Source of the DNA: Octopus sinensis
Lineage: Eukaryota
Direction: 5' to 3'
Assembly (NCBI RefSeq): GCF_006345805.1
Contig: NC_043015.1
Span: forward strand, 36,208,001-36,272,000
DNA: 64,000 nt
Of this stretch, positions 1-13,006 are shown piece after piece. The translations under genes and the position numbers were made by a program. The notes beneath the pieces were generated by a model. The model did not search any database. It worked only from the letters and a program-made list of their open reading frames with translations, and had not been told where the DNA came from. Position 1 is the first letter of the stretch, and the number at the start of each line of letters is the position of its first letter.

Positions 1-295
1 TTAATAGAATCGATTTAATTTTAAATGATTGGTTCTTCTGTTCCCCCTGCATCGCTTACAACCCACCTCTCTCTCTATATATATCTCTCTCTCTCACACA
101 CACACATACACACACACACACACACACATGCATATGCACCAATGTAATACATACGTATTATACAAGGATGGATTCTAAAGAAATCAATGCAAATTCACAG
201 AGGAATTTCCAATCGTGACACACATCAACTCGTCTGGAAAATATAATACGATGAGCTTGAGCTGACAGAGTACATCGTCACGGTCTTATGCATAC

Positions 296-480
296 TGTTA
301 TTATCATCATTATTATTATTATTATCATTATTATTATTATCATTATTATTATTATTATCATTATTATTATCATCATTATTATTATTATTATCATTATTAT
401 TATTATCATTATTATTATTATCATTATTATTATTATCATTATTATTATCATCTTCATCATCATTATTATTATTATCATTA

Positions 481-519
<39 letters not shown>

Positions 520-552
520 GTTATTATATTATTATTATTATTATTATTATTA

Positions 553-598
<46 letters not shown>

Positions 599-621
599 CA
601 TTATTATCATTATTATTATTA

Positions 622-681
<60 letters not shown>

Positions 682-697
682 GTTATTATTATTATTA
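296..697. repeat. (ATT/ATC)n microsatellite, abutting the 3' end of the R4/Dong-like fragment
   Basis: Direct trinucleotide run; explains the poly-I/Y/L ORFs at 278-839. Confidence 0.97.
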
Positions 698-1285
698 TAC
701 AGTATTATTTTTATCACGTGCTTTCACCGCACTACTGAGCGCAACGCTGTGTGCTTTGGGTATTTACTGTGGTTTGTTATGGCTTGGTTATTTTCAGTGT
801 ATTGAAAGTGCGTTAGACAGAAATATGAGCGGTGCTTAGCGGTGCTATTTTCTGCAGTTTAAATATTTTCCCTAAGTTCTGGTGTGCTGGTCATATATTT
901 GTCTGTATATTTATTTTATTCATGCCTTTTGCATCTACTATCATAGGGATTGTATCTCTTTTTAGACTCCACAATCAGGTTATCTCTATTTCCATATCTT
1001 TGCATTGTATGAGTTTCTCCGTCGATTAGATGATCTTCATGATCTCTGACAACTATAACCGCTCTATTACCCTTCGTCTCTCTATCTGCGTGTATTAGCA
1101 TATCCCAGAGTTTCGTTGGTTTGTCATATTTTGGGAATTTTTCTGGCATATGCCTATACTCTCTTTTACCTTTTGCCATTCTATAGTGTTTGCATGACTC
1201 CCATTGTATATAGGTCCCAAATCAGTAATGTCTGTGGATATATTCCTTCTTAACCAGGAATTTTGCCATCACCAGTCATTTTTCA
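698..1285 (-). mobile_element. 5'-truncated R4/Dong-like non-LTR retrotransposon (restriction-like endonuclease C-terminus + 3'UTR), decayed
   Basis: Minus strand reads KKEYIHRHY*FGTYIQWESCKHY..YRHMPE..KLWDMLIHADRETKGNRAVIVVRD and, after frameshifts, LQKIAPLSTAHI. These match the RHD..HW..C / LWD..I.TD....NRPDIVV.D / LQK..LL.TAHI motifs of R4-clade RLE elements. (ATT)n lies on both sides. Confidence 0.85.
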
Positions 1286-1304
1286 GTTACTTATTGTTTT
1301 AATC

Positions 1305-1352
<48 letters not shown>

Positions 1353-1767
1353 GAGTGAGAGAGCAGTGCATGTCATCAAAGTGATACGGATAAAATATAC
1401 AAAGCCCAGTATATCCATCATGATTACACGTTAGATAAAACTACACCAGGCACATGCATCACAACCATACTTGAGCGACAAGATGATCTCATATTCAGAT
1501 AAATAGTGTATGACATTGCAGGTGGGACTCAGTTAGAATTTTTTCATGTTGAGTAGCCCATCCCACTGGGGTGAATTATCGAAACTCAAAACAAATCCTG
1601 TCAACACATGGCTATGATGCTCACCCACTACTTCTGTTCGTGATCATCAACATGCTTAACTGCTTATGGTCAAACAGCTGACACGAAAATCTGTGGTATT
1701 GAACAGAATATTTACTGTAGCCCATCTCTTACACCTACAACAAATATTCTGCTCAATACCACAGATT
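1353..1767 (-). mobile_element. Copy 1 of a ~545-bp non-coding ATT-anchored retroposon, truncated, with terminal inversion
   Basis: Starts gagtgagagagcagtgcatg immediately after (ATT)n and aligns by eye with 52715, 54187 and 54786. It ends in a fold-back at 1688-1767. Strand is inferred from the (AAT)n tail and truncation polarity. Confidence 0.85.
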
Positions 1768-1799
1768 ACAGTCACTACCATTATTAGTTATACTAATTC

Positions 1800-2260
1800 C
1801 AATGTATGCATAAGTCCAGCAATTTTGCGGCGCGGACTAATGTGATTACCCCTACTCCAGTACTTGATTGGAAATTATTTAATCGCCCCAGAAAAGATGA
1901 ATGGAATATATGACATCGATGTTATTTGAAATCAGAGCCTTAGGAGCCGGACGCAATTGCTGTTGATGATATCGTTCGGCGTTGCTAAATATTTGGCCAT
2001 CTTGCTTCCTAAGTAATCCTCCTTTCCTCCATAGGAGCAAGGCCTGAAACTTTGGGAGAAGGTGTTTGTCCATCACATTACCCAAGTACCTGACGTGCAT
2101 TTTATTTTTAGATCATGACATGATGATGATTCATTTGGTAACCTCGGCACCAATTCCAGGCAGATGCAATGTTTTACCGATCATTAATGGATAAAGTTGG
2201 CCTGAGGTGTGTCTAAACTGAGGAAGCTGAGTTGGAAGAAATACCCGAAAGCAATGTTTT
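1800..2260 (-). mobile_element. Two decayed copies of tRNA-headed SINE family B
   Basis: Contain the reverse complement of the family motifs (aaggcctgaaa..ttgggag, ccagtac.tgactgg, gaaagatgaa) seen intact at 51414-51649 and 37827-38037. Confidence 0.5.
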
Positions 2261-2490
2261 CAACATTGCCATGAGACTGCTAAAGTTATGTCCATCTTCA
2301 TTGTTTGCGTGTGTATGGAATAATATCAGATGAGGACTAATATGAAGATGATTATGATGATGGCAATGATGATGGTGATGATGATGAATGTGATGGTAAT
2401 GATAGCGATAATGTGATTTCTTGAAAGGAGTTCATGATCAACACGACAACGGTGATGATTTATTTAGTTGTGTTTGTTCTTATTCCTTAG

Positions 2491-2520
2491 AAGAAGATAA
2501 AATTGAAATTCATCAAGAAG
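2491..2520 (+). other. Candidate 30-nt microexon
   Basis: tgtttgttcttattccttAG | aagaagataaaattgaaattcatcaagaag | GTgaat. Frame-preserving, open in two frames (EEDKIEIHQE or KKIKLKFIKK). Supported by splice signals only. Confidence 0.3.
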
Positions 2521-4499
2521 GTGAATATGCTGGGGTTCTTCAGCGACCTCCTACTTCTCTACTCGTTCTTCTCATAATCTTCATACCTCCACCGCCGTCT
2601 TCGATATCATCATCGACACCACCCTTTGCCTCCTCCTCATCATCAACATAAATGTTTACAGCATGTGTTTTGCGTGTAATGTTGAGTCCCTGGGCAAATC
2701 CCTTCCTTTCCAAATGAATTTTTTTAAAAAGAGAGAATTCTGGATTGCTTTCCTTGCCATGGATCAATCATACTTGCGTGTGTTAAGACTTCCTACAAGA
2801 TATTGGATCGACAATACTCCTCCAAAAGTTCCTTATTGATTTAGTGTACCAAAGAGAAAGTAATCCGTATGTAATTTATCCTTTTTTGGAATTGTTTATA
2901 AGTTATCCTGAGTAGAAGAGGAAAAGCCCGCGATATTTTCATTTCGCAACCTGATGTACCGACGAAATTTCGAACGTTTCTTTCGTTCACTTCATTGGGC
3001 CACGTTGTCGATCAGAACTACACAAGTCATGTCTTACAATACATAATCCGTTCCCTTTGATTAAGATTTCGTGGAATATTTCAACTGAAATTTCTTAACT
3101 ACGTATCGAGCTTTTATAACGATGTTTCCGTCTCGCAACATTGTCATCGTCATTTTGAAGAGAGATATAAGCATTTGTGAAAAAATTAGCTTTTTGTTTG
3201 CCCATATATTCGATATTTGTAATCAGAACTACTCATTAGCTTTAAAAATTGCTATTAACTATAGAAAAATTGAAGCCTAAATACTCATGCACAAAATCAG
3301 CTGAGCGTTAGGCGGTTTGAGTCATTTGAGTGTAAAACACACTTCTTTCTCTCAGCAAAACAGAAGACAAAATCCTAGCTTTTGTGCAAAACTTTATCGT
3401 GTATTTGCTTCCACCCTCATATTGTGAACGTGGTTTCCTTTTCAAAATTGCCATAATTTCAAAGAAACGGACAGACAACGGAGAGATTGTTTTCATTTAT
3501 ATGATTTATTAGTTTTCTGCGGCTGGTTAAATGGAATTTATTAAAATTATCTACCTATGTTATTGTATTCTTATTTTTTACGGGTCTGCAGCCCTATAGA
3601 CATCATGAATCCCTTCCTACAGGGTCTTATTTTATTGTATTTTAAGGTAATGATAGTACCTCTATGCATTCACTCGTCTTTTCAGGAATTGTTCTATATC
3701 TTCCTTCGACCATAACCTGGCATATTTATGCAAACGTAATATTAGTAACTGCATTTTTATGAAGAAAGGCAATTCTTCGAAACGTTTGATTTTTCACCGA
3801 TCATAAGTAAAATCACTGAAATTTTGAGTAGATGTTTTTATAGATTAACTCTTAACGACTCAGACCATCTCGAGACTCGTGACATTTGGATTCTTACTTT
3901 GTATATTGTCACAGAGATGTTTTCGAATTTGAGCCTGAAATAAGAGAATGTTGAAACTCACCTGTCGATGTGAATACATTCCGTAGGAGTTTACAATCGC
4001 AACGCACCGACGTCGAGTATATCACAACCAATTATTATTATGTTTTTTTTGGTATTCTTACAATAAATTAGAAGCAAAAAATACTTTAATAGCAAACAAA
4101 GCAAAAATCAATATTGAGTGAGCTGGTAACGTGAGAACAGCGTGATGCACGATCTATTTCCAGCATGATAGTGAATTCTGTTAACATCATAGCAATTTAG
4201 TTAAAATATTTGGCATCAGTTTTATTACATGAAGACGAGAAGCGAAACAATGAGGACGAGAGAATAAAAAGCAGAAAAGAAAAGGAGAAAAAATGGAAAT
4301 ATAATTCCTAAACATGAAATAATTATTTAAATAAATCACTCTGTGAGCGAACGGTATTGTTTCCATCTTAATAATGTTCATTCTAATGCGCGTCTCCGCA
4401 TGATATATGACAGAATGGAGATATGATAGCTTTAAAAAAATGATTGCTATCAATTTTATGTGTGTTCATGTGTATGTATATGCGTATGCATGCATGCAT

Positions 4500-4545
4500 G
4501 TTTATATATATATATATATAATTCAGTATTCATGCATGTATATAT

Positions 4546-4605
<60 letters not shown>

Positions 4606-4715
4606 TATACATATATATACATATATGTATGTATATATATATACGAATTTATACACACAAGTGTGCTTAAACACACATACATACAAACACCCATGTATGT
4701 ATATGTGTATACATT
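4500..4715. repeat. (TA)n/(CA)n compound microsatellite
   Basis: Direct dinucleotide runs. Confidence 0.95.
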
Positions 4716-5009
4716 TATGTTTGTGTGCAAAAGGAAAACTGAATCTCCAATCTCCAGTAAATGTCAGTATTGCTATTATTATAACAGGAGAAAATAAAAA
4801 AAAATGAAGGCAAAATAAAAGATTGAAATATAACAAGAGAATATACAGTCTTGCTATAGCTTGCATAATGTTAATTCGTTGTACAGGAAACAGATGTAGC
4901 TCCTCCCCTTATGATAAACACAATATAACATGCTGCTTGCTCCGACACTAATAATATGGTGACGAGAAAAACAGAAAAGAAAAAAAAAGGCAAGATTCTG
5001 ATAATAACA

Positions 5010-5880
5010 ACATCACTACCTCTGTTACTACCACAAATATCAGCTTACCAAAGTCCTCCACCAATTCCACTCTCATTGCAGCCATCGCAGCCCATTTTGC
5101 TGCTATAACAATAACCATTCTGTCGTCTACAATAATGTCCGTCGGCAAAAGCCTTACAATTGCCACCAGTATCACAACCACTATCATCATCATCATCATC
5201 ATCAGCATCATCATCGTCATCATGTGTATCACAGCCACCAGTGCCTCCATCACAACAGTCCCTGCTATCAACCATAGTCCACTAACAATTCTATTACCAT
5301 GAAACCAGCAGAACAGCCACTACCACCACCAATACTACCACCAGCATCGACAACTATACCACCACCTCCATCCCTATCCCCAAATCCATTGTCAATATTA
5401 ACATTATCACTAAGCAACTAGCTCCCAATACGACCACCCACGACGACTACTATTGCTCCACTATCAACCATTGCCCTCATAGACCACACCCGACGCCACC
5501 CGACGCCACTCATCACCGCCACAACGTATTCTATTGCCACAATCATCTTTGACGTCCAAAGCTAAAGCTCTTCTTACTGCACATGTTTACCATTAAAATC
5601 ACGATTAGCAGCATCACTGTGATCACTCTTATTGCCTCCATCCCTAAAATTATTGCCATCAAAACCCATTTCCTCCACAACACGCCTTCACCACAACGAC
5701 AACCACTGTCATCTTCAACTCCACTGCCAAACAACACCACCTCTGTAACTTACTAACAACGCTACCATCATCATTAGCCACCGTTACAATCGTCTTACCA
5801 GCCCCTTCAGTGTAACCTTGTCATTGCCAAAACCACAAACATTAACATCGCACCGGCATCACCAGCAGCGTTGACATCTC
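5010..5880. repeat. Degenerate (CAC/CAT/CAA) low-complexity tract
   Basis: C/A-rich, G-poor decayed trinucleotide sequence with a (CAT)n core near 5183-5222. Confidence 0.7.
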
Positions 5881-6399
5881 GCCATACATTGTAGATAGGA
5901 TGTAGCTAGGAATAGCTGTAAATTTTGTTGTTTGGTTTTGAGGACATCAAAGATGACACAGATTTTGTTTTTAAATATTAATGTACCTAGGACTCCGTTT
6001 CCAAGTGTATTCTTGTATTATCACTTTTGTGAAAGAATTGATAATAAGGATCTTTCTACTGGGAAGTCGAGAAACACCTTAAAAGAGCTTCTTCAATTTG
6101 AGAATAATACCGATCGCAATTGTTGCTGGTAAACTCGTTCGCGCATCGAACAAACTGCATTGCAGTACAATTCTGGCCCCTGTTTAATTCTGTGACATTC
6201 TGGCCCTTTATACTCTGTGTCATTCCGCCGAAAGTTATTTTGTTTTGCCTCTCTCCGGTGTGTATGAAATATAATACTACAGAAATTCTGGGGTCGATTT
6301 AATGGACTAAATCCCTTTTGTTAAAATTTCTGGCCGGTTCTCCTTAAGCAACAACGAGTCCCTAGTTAGTACTTTGATGGTTGACAGCTTGGGAAACCT

Positions 6400-6545
6400 A
6401 GGGCAAAATGTTTAACGGCATTTCGTCTGTCTTTACGTCCTGAGGTCACATTCCACCGAGGACGACTTTACCTTTCATCATCCAGGGTCGTCTTCGAATA
6501 ACACTCTGCTCCAGAATTGAAGGCCTTGTGTCGAAAGAAGAGGGG
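6400..6545 (+). mobile_element. SINE family B fragment
   Basis: ggcatttcgtctgtctttacgtcctgag..ccgaggacgactttacctttcatc matches the 51414 copy. Confidence 0.65.
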
Positions 6546-6629
6546 ATTATTATTACGTTTATCATTATTGTTGTTGTTGTTGTTGATGTTGGTATTGTTG
6601 TTGTTGTTTCTGTTTTAACGCAGGTATTT

Positions 6630-6905
6630 ATGCTATCTGTCAGGTTTGCGAAACCACTTAATTACGAGAACGTAAACAAACCAATACTGGCCGTCAATCA
6701 GTGGCAGGGAACAAACACACACAAGCAGACACATCTTTCTCTACGCACGCACACAACGTTCTTTCGCCGAGATTCTGTCGATAAAATCCGCCCATAAGTA
6801 AATAGTCGGCTCTCGGCTATAGAAGAATCGCTCAGCATGCCATGCAGTGGAACTGAAACCGAAATCACGTGCTTGCAAAGCACAGTTCTTAAAACAACAT
6901 TCATG
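6630..6905 (-). mobile_element. SINE family A, decayed
   Basis: Reverse complement of family A motifs (cgtaaacaaacca, gctatagaaga, gcagtggaactgaaaccgaaatcacgtg). Confidence 0.6.
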
Positions 6906-7559
6906 CCATCAATCTATACGTTTTAATTGCGAGGAATGGTTAGAGTGTTGGAGGGAAGGTTTTATGATATGCGTTCCGCCTGTCCACGGTTTTTATTTCG
7001 AACCCTTAGCGGTCAAATTTGTCTTGCAACTTCTCAGCGTCAATAAGATAATTCTTCAACCAAGATGGAATGGCAAAACTGTTAGACCGTCCGATTTGAC
7101 GGAGACAACTTAGGAGATCTGTTCATGCTCATTCTGTTCCTAGTTCAAATTGTTCTTACTTTACCAAAAAAATAGGACTACTTTCCCAACAAAGAGAACC
7201 CCGCGTCAGAAACCAGAATTGGTCAGTGTGGAGAAGTAGTCCCCAAACTCATATTTACATGACGATAACTGCTAAAAAGAGAGTGTAATATAGCTGCTAT
7301 GTCTAGCATGGTAGGTGGTTACGTAATAGTTTCCGTGAGGGTTCGTATTTAAGCACTGTGGAATGTATGGAGGCGGTGATTATTAAATGTCGCTTTAAAT
7401 AACTCAAATGTGTTATTATTTGGATTATTTTTCTGGTACATTTGTTTATTTATCTAGTTTCTGCTATTGTATTACAATTATATCAAATTGACTCGGTTTA
7501 AAGCCCCTATTTACAATGCCAAAAGAATTTCGAGAAACGTGTAAACATCCATTAAACAT

Positions 7560-7786
7560 CCATATACACTGACACGCACACAAAGATACATGAATACACA
7601 CACATATACATACATGAATACATACATACACACACACATACATGCATACACACATACATACAAACACACATATAAACATACATACAATACAGAGAGAGAT
7701 TCATACAAAGCATTCTTTGATAATAGCAATAGTAATATTCCATATCACACACGCATATATACATATGTATGGATGGGTATGTATAA

Positions 7787-7856
<70 letters not shown>

Positions 7857-7985
7857 TATATATATATGTGTATGTATGTATACATATGAATATATGTGTG
7901 GCCATGTGTTACACACATACACACACATACTGCCGCACAGGCACATCGTCGCGCGCACCCGCACATACACTTATATACACACACT
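7560..7985. repeat. (CA)/(TA)/(TG) compound microsatellite
   Basis: Direct runs. Confidence 0.9.
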
Positions 7986-8660
7986 CAGGCATATGTCTCG
8001 TATGTGTTTTTGTGAATTTACGCAATAAATTTCTTTTCATCCTCATATCTTCTGTATTCTACGATTGAAACTCTCACGTTTGTAAACACCTCCGCCATTT
8101 AAACGGTAAAAAAAAATTGAAATATGTTTACATCTGATGAAAATCATAGAAAAAGTCAAACAAAAGAAGAATATAAAACAATAAAACGAGGACTAAAACA
8201 AAGGAAAGCTTAAAACACACATGGAACTATATACAACCACACACACACACACTCAGACTCATACACACCCACACATACACATGCATGCATGTATCTACAT
8301 GCTCGCATAGACATCACAGCCATAATTTGATATAAATAAATTTATAAATGGTAATTATTCGAATGGGGATTATTAAATTCTTTTGAAGATTTTAGCATTA
8401 AAAAGCGACCATTTTTGGCAAAAGGTAAATCTGACACAATGTATGCTTATGTACATAAACACACTTGCAAAGGCATGTCACGCGCATGCACAAGTTTTAT
8501 TATATAATATTCTATTCGCATATTATATTATATTAGAATATATTATATTATAAATGCATTTATCATTTATATATATTATTTTTATTATTAATTCAATTGG
8601 CCTTCTGCCCACGTTCAAAATTAATATTAATGCTGTCGTTTTTGTTGTGGTTGCTGCTGA

Positions 8661-8931
<271 letters not shown>

Positions 8932-9449
8932 GTTTTACTCGTACGAGTAGCATTTATAATATGAATTTTAATGCATATTTAAACTCTTCCTCACACCTCT
9001 GGTAACACCTTTTGATTAATTAAATAGACTTCTGGCAAAAATAACGAATTCAAATAAATCATTCGTCACCCGAAAGAAATATACAGCTGAAATATTGCTT
9101 ATGTCAAATGTCATAGGTCATAGGTTAATGTATTTGGGAAATATCTTACTGATTTCGGTAACATTATACTACAAAGACAAAAGAGAGATAAACATAAGTT
9201 CAATTAAACTATAAATATATTGACGCTACGTTGCTGTGTGGAGAGAAGATACGGTATTTAAAACCAAGACCACTTTTATCAACGGGAGCGCCAGAGCACA
9301 GAGCTATAGGGAAAAGCTCCAACGGGCGAGGGGAGGACAAAATAATATTATACACAATAGAAAATGTCTTACAGCTGTACAATAAGCCAGACGAGATATA
9401 TAGGTGTGTGTATGTGAGTTTGTGTGTATGTGAGTGTGTATTTGTGTGT

Positions 9450-9899
9450 ATGAGGTTGTATCAGAAAGCTCCTGGACGAATCATGTTTAATTACAACTAA
9501 CTTATTTCCCTAAGTTTTTAATCGTCACCTTGTGCAGCAATACACCGGTTCCAGCGTTCCTGCCAATTTAAGAAACCGGCCTAGCAATCGTTTTCCGTAA
9601 TTGAGTCGAGGACCTTCTGCGATTCGCTCTTCGTCTCGACAACGGTGTTAAAACGGTGACATTTGAACAGCATTTTCCTCTTGGGGGAAGAGATGCAAGG
9701 ATGCAGCTGCCAAATTTGGCGAATAAGGCAGGCGAGGAAGTAATAGCATGCTGTTTTGGGCGAGAAACTCACGAATGAGGAGAGCTCGGTGACAGGGTGA
9801 CTTCTCGTTGTGAAGAATCCAATTCTTCGCAGTGTTAGGATTGTCTGCAGAGACCAATGCAACGGACCAATAACATCAGCAATATTGATTGCCCGACAA

Positions 9900-9973
<74 letters not shown>

Positions 9974-10010
9974 GTTCTTTGCCTCACCTTGGTTTCGCTT
10001 CGATTGTAAA
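9450..10010 (-). pseudogene. Internally deleted mariner transposase remnant, interrupted by (TA)n at ~9902-9970
   Basis: KNWILHNEKSPCHRALLIREFLAQNSMLLLPRLPYSPNLA..LFP matches the mariner WxLHHDNAPxH...HPPYSPDLAP.DF.LFP motif. The downstream frame gives C-terminal GHRF..W.ERW.RCI-like sequence. Confidence 0.85.
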
Positions 10011-10079
10011 TTCAAACCACGATTGAAAAAATAGTAATTTTCTCACTTCGATTAACTAGTGGCCAGAGACATACAACGT

Positions 10080-10450
10080 TTTCGATTTCGACCATGCTGG
10101 GGCACTTCCATGAAATATTTTTGTTGAACGAATCAGCACTAGCATTAATATTTTATCAACCCCTTTTGATGAAACTTCTAGCTTACAGGGACGTAAACAA
10201 ACCAAAATGGGTTGCCAAGCGGTGATTAGGGACAAAAACAGACGCGCGCATGTTTACATATTTATAGACAGCCATACGTCAAACGCGACCTTCAGTGATC
10301 ATGAAGGAGTTAGATGGCTGTGGGTGTTTTCCGCCCACTAAATCTACTCACAGGCTTTTGGTTGGAGCAGGGTAAAGTAAATGGGACTTGCCCAAGTTGG
10401 GACCGAAACCAGGAACTTGTTCTTGGGAAGCAAAGTTCTTTACCACACGT
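10080..10450 (-). mobile_element. SINE family A, decayed
   Basis: ggggacgtaaac-like and aaatctactcacaggcttttggt motifs are the reverse complement of the 14490-14970 copy. Confidence 0.65.
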
Positions 10451-12139
10451 CCATTAAAGTAAACCTATTTTATAGCATACACTTCACTATAAATTTTATG
10501 GTGCAGCAAATACAGGATGCGACAGAAAGGCCTCCCATATATTACGAAGCTATTAATGCATCGCTCTTGATGTTAGGCGAGGGATAATGGTGCCTTCACG
10601 CTTTATCGCTTTTCCAATTCTAACCAACATTTTGAAGAGCGCAAACCTTATTTCGGCTGTTAAAACGCGTGTCTGCCTCTTAAATGGGGAGCGTTTACTT
10701 TGCTGTAATCTGTACGGTGTATTTTATTGTAAGTTTTATACAATAGAGTTTATGTAGAATCTATTTATTTGTTGCTTAACCTAGTTGAATATTTTATTGA
10801 ACGATTAATGGTATAAGAGAGATATGGATCAGTATATTTATCGATTAGTTTGCTATAACTTCTATGCAAACATACGTTCACAAGCATAAACACGGTACAT
10901 ATTGGCATGTTTGTGTGTGTGTGCATTCTACCCACACATATGTGTACGCACACGCGATCGCACACATATAATAACGTGTGTGTGTAAGATACATTTTGGC
11001 ATATTTGTTTGTATGTGTGTGTGTGTGTGCGTGCGTACGTGTCTGCATATCTGTATGGAAATTCCTTAAAGGTGAAAACGTCTGAGTCATTAGAAAAATA
11101 GATTTCTTTGCAAAATTTCCCCAGAAGCTCTTTGTTCTGAGTTCAAATCCTCACTTCGCTCTTATTACGAATTCAAAAGAAATTTATAGTTTTTCCTTAC
11201 CATTATCTTGTATCTATTGAATTTCAAATGGATTTTGTTACCGTATCTTCATTAAGGAACTGATGGTTATTGCCCTCAAGCATTTCTTCTGTTATCAGTC
11301 GCTCTCCGACAGTTTTCTGGTCGAGCCTGTGGCAGATGAGACCTCTGATATTCTTGACACCTGAATTATATCCCTGCTCACCTCTATCGGGATGGAAGCT
11401 ACTGTCCTCAAGTGCAAGCCCCATGAGGCCGAGCGGCTGTTCCAATGCATCACCATCGTATATCCTGCGTGGTAACGCCTTTTCTGTTTTGTAACCTGGT
11501 GCCGTCAGAAATGTTTCTATATTGTGAGAGCCAAGATTCTCCCTTAGTCTTTCTATTTAGGTTCCATAAACTAAGCACCAGTTGAGTAAGGGTGGTGGTA
11601 GGGGTCCATGTAATCAGCTTAGCCCCACTCTTCAAATTGCTGGCCTTGTGACTAAATTAGAAAGAATTAACTACTAATGTATTTTGGTCAATTACGCATT
11701 CCATCTCCAAGTTTTTTCCCCTCATATCTCATTTTATTTACTTCACGGTCAATGTTGCATTGGTACACTGACGTTCCAAACATACGGTAGTTCCTTTCAG
11801 CAAGCCATATTAATGGCCGCTACTCCCCTATTAGCTGCCTTGCAATCGGTCACCAATGTAATTTCATTCATCTTTTATTACCCGTTTCAGTCATTGGATT
11901 TCAACCATACTGGAGCACTGCCTTGAAGAGTTTTGCAGAAAAAATCGACTCCAAATACATTTGCAGAACGGAAACCGTGCAAGTCACAGGCGCATGGAAA
12001 ACAGACGTTACATGATTATGATGATGATGATAATGATGATATATATATATATATAGACGCAGGAGTGGCTGTATGGTAAGTAGCTTGCTTACCAAGCGGA
12101 CGTGTTTTTTTTTTCGCTCCGGCAAATGTCACGTTTTAA

Positions 12140-12730
12140 CGTGAATTATTGAACATTTTACGTCAACAGGTGGGGGCGTTCGAATATTGTTGGAAGCCTA
12201 ATGATGTTTATTGCCTGCCGTTAATACTTTTTAACATTAACAACGCTATTTAGTGTTAATAATGTTTGCGGGTAATATACTTCACTTTGCTTCGGATATA
12301 TTTTTCTACCTGTTGGCGTATTTAAAAGTCTCACCTTTTAGTGAGAAATTGTGATTTTTTGAGGAAGGCGTAGCCCCTCCTCAGAAATATTTTTGACTCA
12401 TTGGAGTACCAATTTTCACTTTTGGATTACCACACGTGGAATATTGAACTGTTTGGCAACAGCAGGTAGGACTTTTTGAATATTTTTAGAGGCTTAGCGA
12501 GGTTTATTGCCTGCCATTAATACTTTTTGGCGTCAACGTTAATTAGCGTTAATAATTTTTTGCGGGTAATAAAACTTCGCTTTGCTTCGGATATATTTTT
12601 CTGCCTGTTGTATTTAAAATCTCACGTTTTAGTGAGAAGTGTGTTTTTTGAAGAGGTGTAGCCCTCATCAAAAATAATTCGATTCATTGGAGCACCAATT
12701 TCGCTTTGGATTACCACACGTGGAATATTG
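12140..12730 (+). repeat. Two ~296-bp tandem monomers in the 5'UTR of the ORF1-only element
   Basis: gtttattgcctgcc at 12206 and 12502; ctttgcttcggatatattttt and tttggattaccacacgtggaatattg each occur twice. Confidence 0.9.
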
Positions 12731-13006
12731 CACATTTGGATTACCAGGAGGCACCAAGGATATTCGTGGACTGTTTTTACAAGCACCAGAATTACCAAGG
12801 ATTGCCGTGACGTTTGGCCTGGACTACCTTTTCGGCCAAAAAAAAAATAATTCTGTGCCACATTTGAACTTCTTCCTCTAGCTATCCTTCATTTGAACTC
12901 CGAACTGTTTTTATTGTAACTCTCGTTTCCATTTTGTTTTTTCTTCCCTCTTTCTATCACTTTTGTGTTTTTCCTATTCGAACTGTATTTATATTTTTTG
13001 TTAAAA

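Noticed and set aside
288-839. Long homopolymeric ORFs (poly-I/Y/L/T/S/F and YI/HT/CV repeats) here and throughout the window, e.g. 8554, 55035, 61157
   Set aside because: They are translations of microsatellites with no coding signal.
2770-3500. Possible mariner N-terminus (YTIKFCTKARILSS resembles QRYAIKFC.KLG)
   Set aside because: Only one short motif; no catalytic motifs or TIRs could be confirmed by eye.
12056-12095. tRNA gene
   Set aside because: The A/B-box-like head continues into a SINE body with many dispersed copies and gives no full cloverleaf.
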